Part shown: positions 1 through 12,427 of the stretch, piece by piece
How the letters are laid out: every line of letters starts with the position of its first letter
How positions within the stretch are numbered: position 1 is the first letter of the stretch
Source of the DNA: Dimorphilus gyrociliatus
Lineage: Eukaryota > Animalia > Annelida
DNA: 64,000 nucleotides
Assembly: GCA_904063045.1 (NCBI GenBank)
Contig: CAJFCJ010000003.1
Coordinates: 930,001-994,000, forward strand
Direction: 5' to 3'
Translations under genes and position numbers: made by a program
The notes under the pieces: generated by a model
Seen by the model: the letters and a program-made list of their open reading frames with translations, nothing else
Databases searched by the model: none
Told to the model about the DNA's origin: nothing

Positions 1-837
1 AATGGTCAAAATAAGGCAATGATAATAAAAGATGAAAAGGAATAATGAAAAAGTAAAAGAAAATGATAGTAAATTCAACTTTTGTAAGCTAGTTTACGTA
101 CAAAAAAAAAGAACAAACCGAAAATTAATAGGCTGCAAACTATTACATTAAGTACACGTTAAATTTTATTAATAATACCCATAAAGGTATCGATAAAAGA
201 GCAATATCCTTTAAAATGACTTTAAAGCTGTTATGTATAAGAATTGGTTTTACAATTGGATAGGTATGATGTGTTGTAAGGATTTAAATGGAGTACGGAA
301 GGGAGAAACTTCCGGAAGTTGGTTTCCGTTTTGCGTTCTGTTATTTACCAATTGGGAATTTATTCTTAAAATTGATAGGGGGACTTTTTCTATCTATCGT
401 TCTCTGGATCTATTCTTTCTATAATCCCTTCAAAGCTAATCTTATGAGACAAAAAATAGCTGATACAATAATCCTTATTTATATTCTCACTTTAATGCAT
501 AATTATTTTGGGTTAGTCTAAATACATAAAGTACAAACTCAAATTTCGCCTTGCAGCTAATCAAATTTCCTATACAACAAGGAAATAATAATGCTCCTAT
601 ACTAATTGAATATAGTAAATGAAAGAGCACAAATATAGAGGTTGTTACTATTAAAATACTATAAGAAACCAGTCTGACTCATAATTTGCAATATATTTAT
701 GCTCCTTTAATTAATTTAACCATTTCTATTATTTTGTTACTTTTGATGATATGTTTAGTAGTTAAATATATGATTAGATAAATTATTTAAATAAATTTAA
801 CTGGTATATTGGCACGACGCGCTCCCGTGAACTCAAC

Positions 838-845
838 ATGCAAAT
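838..845 (+). promoter_or_regulatory. Octamer motif upstream of U1 snRNA
   Basis: Perfect ATGCAAAT about 70 nt upstream of the U1 5' end. Octamer sites are established enhancer elements of snRNA genes; function here is inferred. Confidence 0.4.
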
Positions 846-907
846 GAGGCACAAGAGTGTCTTTCCTATTTTTTGCTATACATGTTTACCGGCAACCCAT
901 ATTAAGC

Positions 908-1072
908 ATACTTACCTGGCAGGGGGAATCGCCGCGATCAAGAAGGCGGCTTCCTCAGACTGAGGCCTTTCCATTGCACTCCGGATTGGTTGACGTCTGC
1001 GATCATCTCACATTGAGATGACTCGACTGTACAATTTTTGTTAGTGGGAGATCAGCGTTCGCGCGGTCTCCT
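908..1072 (+). ncRNA. RNU1: U1 spliceosomal snRNA (165 nt)
   Basis: 5' ATACTTACCTGG splice-site-pairing end; SL1 loop GATCAAGAAG (U1-70K site); SL2 loop ATTGCACTCC (U1A site); SL3 TCATCTC/GAGATGA; Sm site AATTTTTG; SL4 GGAGATC..GCG-TTCG-CGC..GGTCTCC. Confidence 0.98.
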
Positions 1073-2841
1073 TATTTTCTAAAGAAAAATATTTATGTCT
1101 ACTATGCGTTATTAGTGTGTAGAATAAATTAGGACAATGTTATTGTAACCATGTATGCCATGATTATTAACAGAAGGGACTCTCGGTGATTTAGTCTGTC
1201 TCTTGTATTTTTTACAAAAGATGTTGCATCATTAGGAGACTTTAGAAAAGTGACAAACGTGACGAGAAAACTCTTTTATACTTAAAAGGTTGTATGGTCT
1301 ATAATTTTTCCTCACAAAAAGCTAGTCTTTGTATATCTATTTTGGAGAGCGTTTGCTTGTAAAAAGAGACGCCTCGATATATACATGTCCAAAAAACGTA
1401 CTCTTTTATAATATTGCACAAACAGACAGAAAAAGAAATTTTACATCTAAGACAGACTTGTCGTATTGCTTTTAAAAGTGCAATACGAATTCGCGGAATC
1501 TAGGATAATTATTCTTCAATTTCGAGGTTTCTTCCTCAGTTTAAGCTCTAATAATCGTTCCTTTAGTCAATCTAGTATGTCAACTGGAAAAAAATTGCAG
1601 TAGGGTATAATTTAAATCAAGGTTGGCGAAGTCCATTTCGTAGTAAATTACAAATAAGTAAAAGGACAGAAATGTAAACAATATCAATACCTTTTATTAC
1701 TATATTCGTTTATAGAAAAGAATTTATTCCAGCCAAGCGTACGACATCTTGCGGATCTCGTAAATAAGAAACCCCACCCTAGACTTCTTAAATAATATCT
1801 CCTTGCAAGAAAAAAATCTAAGAAAAAGAGAAAACCTGCCTAGCGTATGCCTATTAAAAGGAAAAAAATGAGTTCCATTAGTAAGCTCTATTCGCCGATC
1901 ACAAGATTCGATAATTTATTATGAATATTTAAAGTAGCATTCTTATATTAAATCACTTTCACTATTAGTGAAATGAGGTTTTTGTTAAATGCGGCAGAAG
2001 TATATGAAGATGATTCCTAGTAAGATAGAAATGCAGAAATTGACAAACTAGTAGAGCTAATCGATTTGTACGTCCTGTGTTAGTAATGCTGGGGAAAATG
2101 ACCGAGAAATTAAAGAGAAAATCAATGACAGCTGTCGGACGGAGAATCATGGAGTTTCTTTGAAATTTTAGTGATATGGTCAACGACCACGATTTATCTT
2201 TAAATTTATATATTCCAATTCAATCTAAGGAACACACTTTCGAATAAGGAGAACGTTGAGACTTGCAGTCGTCAAAGTCATATTGAAGGTCAAATGGTGA
2301 AATAGAAGAGCAGCTCAGTTCTCGGCGGACTCTTTATGGTACTTGTCGACACTAATTTTATCTGGTAAAACGTTAACGTTTTTAATATCTCTGGAGAGAT
2401 TCTCATCCTGTAAAGATCCCCCTCTCTCTCTCTCGCTCTCTCTTCATTTATTGAGAAACTACTCTAAATCAATTTTAAATTTTAAATATAGAAATAAAAA
2501 AGTTTAAATAAAATGAATACAAAATACCAGAGGGAATAAAAAATTGGAAATGAAAGGAGTAACGAGCTTTATACCCTTAAACAAAATATGATATTCAATC
2601 CAACTGCAAAGGTCAAGTCAAATGACATTGCGAAAAAAAAAGTCATCAGCGTTAATTTATAGGAATATCTATCGGGCAGGAAGATAAGTTGGACTTGTCG
2701 TTAATATGGGAAACAAATTGGATTTAATAAAATTGAATTATATTCTATTGTGAAACTGTAACATCTATTGAAAACAGAACAACTGATATTAATCCTTTAC
2801 AAGCTTTGCAATCGTGATTTTTCTCTCGTTATGTTTTTTTC

Positions 2842-3000
2842 ACTTATGTTAACGTCTTAAATGATAAGAACGTATGTTCCCGCCAATTTGTAACTTTTTC
2901 AGCGAACTTGGGTTTAGCTAACGTCAGCGATCATCTAGCAAAGAGTTGACACCACGGTGGATTTTTTGCTTTTGGGAGATCAACGTCCTCGCAATCTCCT
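2842..3000 (+). pseudogene. Diverged U1-like copy (pseudogene or variant U1)
   Basis: The 3' 87 nt align without gaps to the U1 at 986-1072 with about 23 mismatches by hand (about 74% identity), keeping an Sm-like ATTTTTTG and the GGAGAT/ATCTCC stem. The 5' half keeps only anchors (ACTTA, GAT-AAGAA, TTCC). Overall length is similar to U1. Confidence 0.8.
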
Positions 3001-3899
3001 CAATAATTAATGAGAAAGTCAACGTAGGATGAAGGACACAGTATGACCATAATAAGGCCACATCGCTCAGCATTGAAATATCAAAATCATATTGAAAACT
3101 ATTTCTTGGAAAGTGTTCCCTTGTGACTTAATCACCTTGACAAAAATCTAAATTAATTGAATATCCATATATCAAAAGAGACAGAGAGAGAGTTGTACAC
3201 ATCCGGTTTATTGTCGGTTTTTAGCATTCCTTATCCAGTCTTTTTCTTAGTACTACTCTGAAATATTTATTCGCATTAGCTTAGCTAAATTTACTACAGC
3301 GAAATTGAAAAGGTCACACTTGATAATCAATCAATTACAGTTGAATTAAATTACTTATATCTTCTAAATGAGCTTTCCACGAATTTCGTCAATAGCAAAA
3401 AGGAGAGAATAGAATTGAGTTGATACAGAAGCAGCTAGAGAGAAAGAAATAGTTAGAGTAGGCATTGAATAGGAAAGAGACAGGCAAAGGAAGAGAGAAG
3501 AGAGGGAACGGCATTTATAGGAAAATAGAAGTATTCCTTTCTTCTAATTGATTTCTGTTGTTTTTCTAATTCCCATGGACCCAATTAATGATAGAATATT
3601 GAACAAGACAGAATCACAGAGAGGGAGAAAGTTATTATTATAATAATTGCAATTAATATACGATTAATAATCTAAATATAAACGCCGCTAAACTAAATTA
3701 CAGAATAAATCAGATTAAGCACACGTGTATAAGAGATAAATTGGCATCTATAAACTGTCGTTGATTAACTGTGTACAGCTTTGATTAAAGTCACTGTTAA
3801 TAGTATTACGAACAAAAAATAACGAACAGAATGGCATTGAAAAGAAGAATGAAGAAGAGAGAATGAATAGAGAAGGACAAGACGGGAGCTCGAATGAGA

Positions 3900-3910
3900 G
3901 ATAGATATAG

Positions 3911-3964
<54 letters not shown>
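3900..3964. repeat. Compound (GATA)n-(GA)n microsatellite
   Basis: Directly visible simple repeat. Confidence 0.95.
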
Positions 3965-3968
<4 letters not shown>

Positions 3969-4706
3969 AGAAAAAAATCTAATTAAATGATTATGTTGTT
4001 CTTATTTTTAGACTCTATTTAAGTGATCTCACTATTTATAACAACCAATGCTCTTTGGAAAAAAAACTATGTTTATCTGTAAAAATGTTCTTTGTTTATT
4101 TATTTATTTTAAATGAAGAATAACAAAAATACTTGTAAGTTAGTCATTCGAGTAATAATTCTTTAGTATATCCCTTTACTTCCTCTGTTTTCAATGAAGA
4201 TAATCATTATGATATTTATACATTATGTTTATAATAAGAAAAGGTTGAGTTATTTCTAATATTTCTCTTCAAAAGAAATAATGTATGTATTCTCTCTATT
4301 CAGTTAGTAATTTTTTTATTTCTTGCTTTATAGTTCACATTTAAAAAAAACATCTACTTCGTAGCAAATAGACTTAAAATATTCATACAAAAGTATTAAC
4401 ATTTCACTACAAGATACTATGTACATTTATGAATACAGGTAATGTATATATTTAAGTATATAGTTTATATTGTATATAGACAGATTGCTATTTGTAATAG
4501 CAATTAACATATCTTTTTGTTTTACACTAGATTGTTTCTCAAGTATGAATCATTGTTCAAGTACACAAAAGAAGTAAAAGTTCAACATTTCTTAACAAGT
4601 TAAAACAGTATAAGAACAACAAATAACAACAAATAACATCCTGTCCTCCCACGCAAAATACTTTATATCCTTCCCATGTTTCCCGCCCACGGACATGTAT
4701 TCACTT

Positions 4707-6610
4707 TCAAAATGAACTCCTTCTTTCGTTGGAATTTCTTATTTCGTCCTGAAAAGGAGCCGAAATTTCGAGGTAGGGTATTGGTTCGTCGTCTTCCGAT
4801 CTCATTCTCACTTTGACTTTTTCCAAGTCAACCATTTGTGGTAGGTGTTGCGAAAAGGAGAATACTTTTTCAATATTCATCCATTCCTTTTCAACAACTG
4901 AACTTGCCATGATATTTACAGTACGATTTTTTCGATCAACATCGACCTTAACCTGTTTGTATATATGTATAAGTATTCAATTAAGTAGATAAATTAATAA
5001 GTAAAGTTAACAAGAGGAGGGAGAGAGAGGGCGGTTGAATAACAAAAATTAGCTGAGTAACCTAACCAAAAGATTGTAGCCGGTACAACAGTTTACTTAA
5101 AAGTAGTTCATTCATAACCGCATAAGCAAAAAAAAAATAACAATACCTATATATCTAAGAGACGGACTATTAAAAATATTCTTATTATATAACGACTCTT
5201 ATGTCATTGAGACACATATTTCATACCTTAAAAAAAATACCTAAAAATAGAACTTATCCTCAATTTCTTATGTTGCGTTATGTACAACTTTTCTTGCAAT
5301 GTCATTACAAAGTTTCTCACGTAAGCCGGTTTTTCTCTTTTACTTTATAACATTTGGAAGTCTTCTTTATGGAAGCTTTTCTTTTTTTTTCTAATATTTC
5401 TCTAATAATTTTTTTATATGCCCACGTGACCTATAGATTAAAGACTTTATATTTGAGTATTAATTAAATATATTCTATATGTTGTATGCTGTCTATGATG
5501 TATATACATTACATACTAATATATATATATATATATACGTTTATATTTATTATAATTCTTTATTTAAACATTTACTTTCTATATTAAAATATTTTACTTA
5601 TTCTTGAGATTTTTCTCTTCAATGATAAATTTTGTTAAGTATTGTAAGGATATTCATATAATATCCTTTCGGATTATTAGTTATGTGGTTGAATTTCCTG
5701 GTTAACTTATGTAATCTCTATTTATTGACACTAGGTCATTCTTAGTAAATTCTTTGCATTTTGCGTGGGGGTAAACTCTGTTTTCTCTTTTCTTTGTCTT
5801 TTCTTTCCCTCTGATGGTACTTAAGGAGATAAAATACTATAGACTACAGAATGGATCGATGTCCATTTATCTATTAACCCTTATAACCTTGCCGTCTGTG
5901 AAGATTTCTAATTTGCGATCAAAAAGATGTATATGAAAAGTATAGGTATTACTTTCTTTTGTCTATTTCTTTCTCTCTTCCAATACCGTTTTCTGCTCAA
6001 CTCTTGTTTTAATTTTGGGTCGGTTAAAAGGAAAAATTTGACTAACCTGTTCAGGTATGGAACCGTGTCTGATTGGTATGAGAAATTGTAGCATTCTGTC
6101 GCCATTTTCATCGCAATATACACGTTTTCTAGAATCTCCACTCCACTTTCTTGATCTACTTGAACCGGATTTAAGTATAAAATAACCTTTTTTTACTTTA
6201 CAAGATAAAGTTGACAAATCAAGATCTGGGTAAGCGTCCAAATTAACCTTATTAATCAATTGTTCTTGCAGTCCGACAGCCAATTGGCTACCTTCCAAAT
6301 GCAATTTAACCGTTGGAGACTGCTCCAACTCTCCAACAGGATGCTCTACTAGAACGGAATAGGCTTTCCTCTTCCTATTTACTCTTTTCCTGTCTTCCGT
6401 AAACGATTCAGAAAAGTTCGAGGCCTTAACAGTTTCCGACCATTTTTCACCGGTCCATTCGGCCTTGGAATTCCAATCGTTCGTTATATCTCTCTCGGAA
6501 TGAGCACAATAACGAAACATCCTCAAAGGATCCGAGAATTCTCTCTTCGTAGTAAATTCCTTCTCATCTTCTTCATCACTAAAAAGACTTACGCAAAAAT
6601 CAACAGCCAT
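4707..6610 (-). CDS. Small heat-shock protein-like, two tandem alpha-crystallin-type domains (269 aa, 2 exons)
   Basis: Exons 6610-6047 and 4952-4707 joined in phase 0 (CAG|GTTAGT ... AAACAG|GTT). Domain 1 is YSVLVEHP..TVKLHLEGSQLAV..LDAYPDLDLSTLSCKVKKGYFILK. Domain 2 is LQFLIPIRHGSIPEQVKVDV..FSFSQHLPQMVDLEKVKVRM..YLEISAP, matching the ACD pattern LPxxVDxxxV...LxIxAP. Confidence 0.75.
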
Positions 6611-9039
6611 ATTTGTTACTTTACTATTAATCGTAGAGTAGGAACGTACTGAAAAGCATTTCGAAACCGTTTGAAACCTTATGTATACGAAGGCTGACTC
6701 AGAAAGAGGGCAACAGCGCCACCTGTATCGATTTTCTCGTTCCGCTTATCGATTTGAGCTATTTTCGGCTTGTTTTCGACTCAAGTCTAAATTTGGTTCA
6801 AATTTCTACGATATTATCAAAGGATTTCTTATAATTAATGAATTAGTTTAATCATTTAGAATATTTCCAGCTAAGATAATAAGATTTCTAAAAATAAACA
6901 AACCTGAATTGATACTCATTAAAAAAAAAATCTTCATGCATCTGTTTCACTAGAAGGATTTAAAAATTGATTTATGAAATTTCTAGTGAAATTGAATAAA
7001 ATGACCTTGAAATGTACTGTAACCTGTAACAAATACAAACACAAGGAACTTTGCAATAATTGCTTACAAGTACAAGAGGGGATTGCGTGCTAAATAAAAA
7101 GGTGATCTGATTGGTATCGTTAATATACACGAAGAAAAAATGAAAAAGAGGAAGAGCAGGACACTCAAACTATGTAACAAACACTAATCCTTCTCTCTGC
7201 ATCTCTTCTATTTTGTCCTGTATTTTTCTTTTTGTATACAAATATAAAATTACTAACCTTTTTGTTTTTCTATAAAAAAAAAAGAAAATCTACACAGACG
7301 ATTATTAAAAAGAAACCTATTGTTTATACATATCTATAAGTACACAAACACATAATATGTCTATATTATAAACATTTTTACTGTTTTTCTAGGTACAGAA
7401 TACGCTTATAAATGTTATATTTTTTATATAAAAGAGTAAAATATATTAAGATGGGGTTTCCTTCTTTTATTTCATATTTCTTTCTTTTGCGACGATTATT
7501 CCCCAGGATTGATAATCTAATTAAATGATTCTTTTATCTCTATTTCATATTCTTTACGTTGGCTATTATTCTCTGTTGTATTTGAAATTCAATCGATAAA
7601 TAGTTTTTCCAAGAAAAACTTCAGAACGAGGCCTACAACGTGACATAATCGCTAGGGGATTTATCTGTCACTTGGGCAATTTTCCCTTCCCTCCCCCCCC
7701 TTCATCCTAAACATATTCATTAAGAACAAACTAAAGACACAACTAGAAGACGTGATTTGAGTTACGAATCTTTAACTTTTCTCCCCTTTTATTTGTATCA
7801 GAAATTTCTTTCTTTTACTTCTTTTATCGTCCACGAAGATATTTCGCAAGAAAGTAATTCATTTATTGCCTTAGGTTATAGTTTGTATTGGGTTAAACTA
7901 ACTGTAGTACAATAATTTGCAGTTTATTATCAATTCCCTTTCTTATTTTTTACGACAACAGAGTAAGAAGACTGTAAGGTAGTACAGTTTAAAACCTTTC
8001 ATGTCAAAAGGGAATACTATGCCATTGACGTTAGAAAATTATATCAGAAGTGTGTTTGTCACTTGCAGTTTATCCTTTCTTCATATTCTCTTTTCTATTT
8101 AAACTCTTTTCTTTTCCCGTTATCATTAATTCTTCGTTTTCTCTCTGTTCGCGTTCTCTGTAGGTTCTAATAAATTATCTCTATAAATTAAGTTGTACTG
8201 CAAACAAGGATAAATTCTAATCTCGACATCTGACCGATTTTCATACAAATACTTAAGAGCTGTATTTTGTATATAAATGTCTCTCTTTTTTCTCTCTGTT
8301 CATTGATCTTCAAACTAAAGCGTTTTTCTCTTAAAGTATATTTATCACCCAGCTTAAAATAGCGGCATATTTTTACTCTTTTCCTGCATTCTCTTTACTC
8401 TACGTCTATTTTTTTCCTATTTGGTTTTTTTTTATAAAGCTATTTAATTCATTACAACTCTGTATGAATGACTAATCAATTTTCTATATTTATTTCAAAG
8501 AGAAAAGGTCATCGATAAGCCAATCACCAAAGTTACGTAAGAATCGTACTACATGAGATAAAAAATCCTCTTATATTATTAATGATGCGTTCTAAAAACG
8601 TGACACTTAAAAAAAAGTTTGTATCTGTCTTTTATCTTTAACTGTAATTAATTCACAGGTTTGGCTTCCTTTGGACTCTATAACATATGCGAATTGTTAA
8701 TATTTTACTGCTAGTAAAATAATTATAATAAGATAAAATTTTTAAGGTAACAGTAGTTCTTTAGCACATTCATTTCAATACATTACATTGAAACCTGTCT
8801 TAATAATATTCTAATTAGGCCTAGGAGTAAAAAATGAGAAATTTCTATTCCATATTCCTCGTTTTTTCTCTCTCTAACTACGTAGATTCGTTAATCCTGT
8901 AAAAAAAATTCCAAGTATCTTACAGCTTAGTTACAAAAAACTAGTATTAGAAGTGTTGAATAAAACAATTTTTAACAATACATATAAATATAAGCTTGGT
9001 TATGCCATTCAACTTTTAAGCAAAATAAGCCTTTGCCTC

Positions 9040-9040
<1 letters not shown>

Positions 9041-9092
<52 letters not shown>

Positions 9093-9152
9093 TTCTCTCT
9101 TTCTCTCTTTCCCCCCTTCTCTCTCTCTCTCTTTCCCCCCTTCTCTCTCTCT
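9041..9152. repeat. (CTGT)n/(CT)n microsatellite with duplicated TTCCCCCCTTCTCTCTCTCT unit
   Basis: Directly visible; it explains the overlapping low-complexity ORFs at 8953-9242. Confidence 0.9.
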
Positions 9153-12100
9153 CACCACAAATACGCGAATTTCGAAGAAATCATAAATAAACCTGCGCAA
9201 TATGTTTACGAGTGCAAGCTTGATATTGTATTGTAAAAACAAGACATTAGGAGGGAGACAGCTGTAATTAGAATAATTATATTATTAAAATATCATCTAT
9301 GGCATAGTTCTGTACCATTTTTTTGAAGTTATATGCTATTTAATTTAAAAATTAGCGTTTTAGATAGATAAATATATCGTGTTCTGTAAAGAATAGCTAT
9401 TTGCTAGACGTATTTATAAAGTTATATTAATATTTAATATCGTTTTCTCAAGGTTATGCTAAGTAAAAGTATAAATGATTAAAATGAGGAAAATCTATGT
9501 TATTTCCCCTTTCCCTTGAATTTTCTTTTTATAGCATCTCATCATCTGTTGACCGCTAATTTAATACATCTAAATCAAAGACAATCTAGAAGGATAAGTT
9601 CTGTATTATAGGACTAAAAGCCAACTTAAAAAATTTCGACATAAAAAAAGGATAGCAAGAAAGAGAATGAGGAGCAGATAGAGTGCAAAGATAGAGATTT
9701 TTCTAGAACATTCTAGTATTCGTACGAATTCAAGATAACTACACAATTCTAGAAAAAAAGCGGTCAGCCAACAACCTAAATGAAAGACGTTAAAGTATTT
9801 ATCCTACTTTTAGGCCTATTGTGTAATATAATATCTCCTTACGAGGATGGCTTCATTTAGGCCCAGCAATAAAATACAACCTAAGTTTCCTATTTCACGG
9901 CATACAAACAATAATGTTTACTACTATGAATACTATTACAAAAACACTAGGTGTCGCTTCAACATTGGTAAGATAGTAAACAAACTATAGGTTTGTAACA
10001 AAAACTCCATCTATCGTATAAAGGAAATGACTTGGAAAAAAAATTAAAAAAAACAGCAATAATAAGAGAACAATAAGATTCGAATTACAGTTTCATTTAA
10101 AAGATCAAATAACATTTAATATACATAATAATATATATCTCACGAAAGTTTGAATATAGTCATATTATTCTCATGAATAAATTATATAATCATTTATTCT
10201 AAGAGCGTGAGTGATTATATTGTATATACAGTATACATTACCTATATTATAATTTATCTAAATCTGAACAAAAAGACTATCTAAAATAAGTATAAAACAA
10301 TTTATCATTTGTTAAGTTTTCTCCTTTGGAATAGACCTATAAAAATCAACTTTTAACAAATATCATTTTGTTCAATTAATACATTCTGAATCGAATTAGA
10401 GAGAGAGAGAGAGACAGAACAGTTCAATTCAATTAAATTAATTTTAATAGATAAAGGTTTATAATCAAAGTTTTCATTATTCCGATAATGCGTAATTTCG
10501 TTGAAAAGTATGATAGATAGAACTTCAAGAAACAGAGTGTTCTTTTAAATAAACTATACAATATACTCTCTTTCTTAATTAATGAAGCAAAAATAATTAT
10601 AGCGCTTCTTATTACTTCATTAATCCCTTTATGAAAATAAAATAGATATGTAGACAAAGTATAACTAATTTAATAAATTGTTAACCCTAAATATAAAGAA
10701 TAACGCGTAAATTATGTTGACATTTCATGACCATTCGATTATCTTTATGGAATATAATTTCTTAAAAGAAAAAAAATTACGTCATTACGTCATATTCGTT
10801 AATTATAGAACAATCGAATGTTTGTCTATACTATATATTTTGTTGAGGAAGGAAAAGAAGAAGGAAAGGAAAAGCTAAATAAAAATCCTTTTCTACTATT
10901 CTTAATATAAATCTTTGGAGGGAGACATATTAAAAAATTAACAAATTTTATGTTAATTAGAGGCCATAAGTATAATTGACTTTAACCAAGCTTTTCATCA
11001 TGTTTTTTCCCTTAAGAAAATAATAACACGGAAGATAAGGGAAGAGGAAGCAGATATACAGACTAAAAGAAAGGGAAAACATGTAAAGAGAGTAGGATAA
11101 GAGTATTAGTAGATATGTTTAATACGCCAATAAAAAAAGAGCCTCTAGACTAAGAAAAAGAAAAAGAAGACAGCCTCTTGTTAGTTTATTGGGAAATTTA
11201 AAACTATAACGCTTTAGTTTGATGAGGAAAAGCAGTTTTTTTCCCCTATCTAAACACAAACATAAACTGTTCTATATTGTTCTATATTAAAGAATTAGAA
11301 TTTTTTTTTCTTTAAATTATGAATTATTATTTAGCAGAAATCCTCTAAGCACAAACAATGTTACCTAATGCATTTATAAATAGTATATTTAATGATTTTG
11401 TTTCCCTATGTTAGTTATTTAGCAAACCTTTTCTCTTTTTTTGTCTAACATGACAACTATACTTTTACGTGGGAGGAAATAAAGAAAAGGCCTATAACCA
11501 TCTAAAGAGGTGTTACAGAAGTCCCTGGATTAGACTATTATCTCTGAAATTGTAACAATTAAATAATATACCACCTACCAATAGATGGTATATGTGTCTG
11601 AAATACGTTTTTTGTGGATGAGTTTGTGTTTTGCTTTGAATATATGTTTTAGTGCTTTTGTATTCATTCTTATTCCTTTCTGTTTAAAATGAATATAGAC
11701 TGTATAGTGCATACTTTTTATCATATATATTTACATATATACAGTCTACAGTATATATATTTATATAAGAGGAAGAAATAGCACTTAACAATTAAAAGAG
11801 GTAAAAAATGAAGAGAAAATAACAAAAAAATGATAAACTATTGTTTTCATTGTAAAATAGCGTCTCTTTATTGCTGTTAGCGTCTTTCGTTAAAACAACA
11901 CTAAATGTATCAATATAATGAGAAAATAAAATCTGCTTGCTGTAAAAAATGCAGAGAATAATCAAAGCATCGATTGGTTACCATAACAACGGCGTATAAT
12001 AAGATTTACGACAAGGAAAAGTAGGGTATAAATTCTATATTATTACCCTACTTTTATCTGCTTTCTTTTTTAAAAAAATACCCATATATTAATTACGCTA

Positions 12101-12299
12101 GCTGAATCATAAAATCTACTAGCTTTTATTTATCTATACATTCACATTCGTGACGTTTACTTAATTATGCAAAAGTTCGAGTCAGGATGCTGGATATCTA
12201 GGAAGAGACGCCTATCGGAAGAGGTTGGAACTGGGAACCACTCGTCTACTGCAGACAGTAGGGCGCCGCTAGAGCGGCAAGAAGGGCGATATTTTTTTG

Positions 12300-12406
12300 G
12301 CGTGGTGGCAGAACAGCTTCTCTTTTTTAAATCATTCCAACTGTTAAACAAAATAGTTTTGTTTAATTGAAACATTTCAATCATTATAATATCGAAAAAA
12401 TATAAG
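12300..12406 (+). other. Probable non-coding first exon of the granin-like gene (5' boundary uncertain)
   Basis: Strong donor AAG|GTAAGT at 12406/12407 and an acceptor TTTTAG at 13850, 10 nt before the ATG at 13861. Confidence 0.45.
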
Positions 12407-12419
12407 GTAAGTTTATTAA

Positions 12420-12427
12420 TGACGTCA
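12420..12427. promoter_or_regulatory. Perfect cAMP response element TGACGTCA
   Basis: Exact palindromic CRE 13 nt into the probable first intron of the granin-like gene. Confidence 0.5.

Noticed and set aside
1965-2420. Coding-like segment between U1 and the U1-like copy
   Set aside because: Multiple stops in all frames and no recognisable motif. It may be a decayed gene or transposon, but I cannot support a call.
4953-6046. Coding-looking purine-rich stretches in the sHSP intron
   Set aside because: Every frame has stops, and the gene model is complete without them.
5908-6190. Overlapping minus-strand ORF after an A7 run, suggesting a +1 frameshift or assembly indel in the sHSP gene
   Set aside because: The original frame continues with ACD-like sequence and splices cleanly at 6047 to complete domain 2, so no frameshift is needed.
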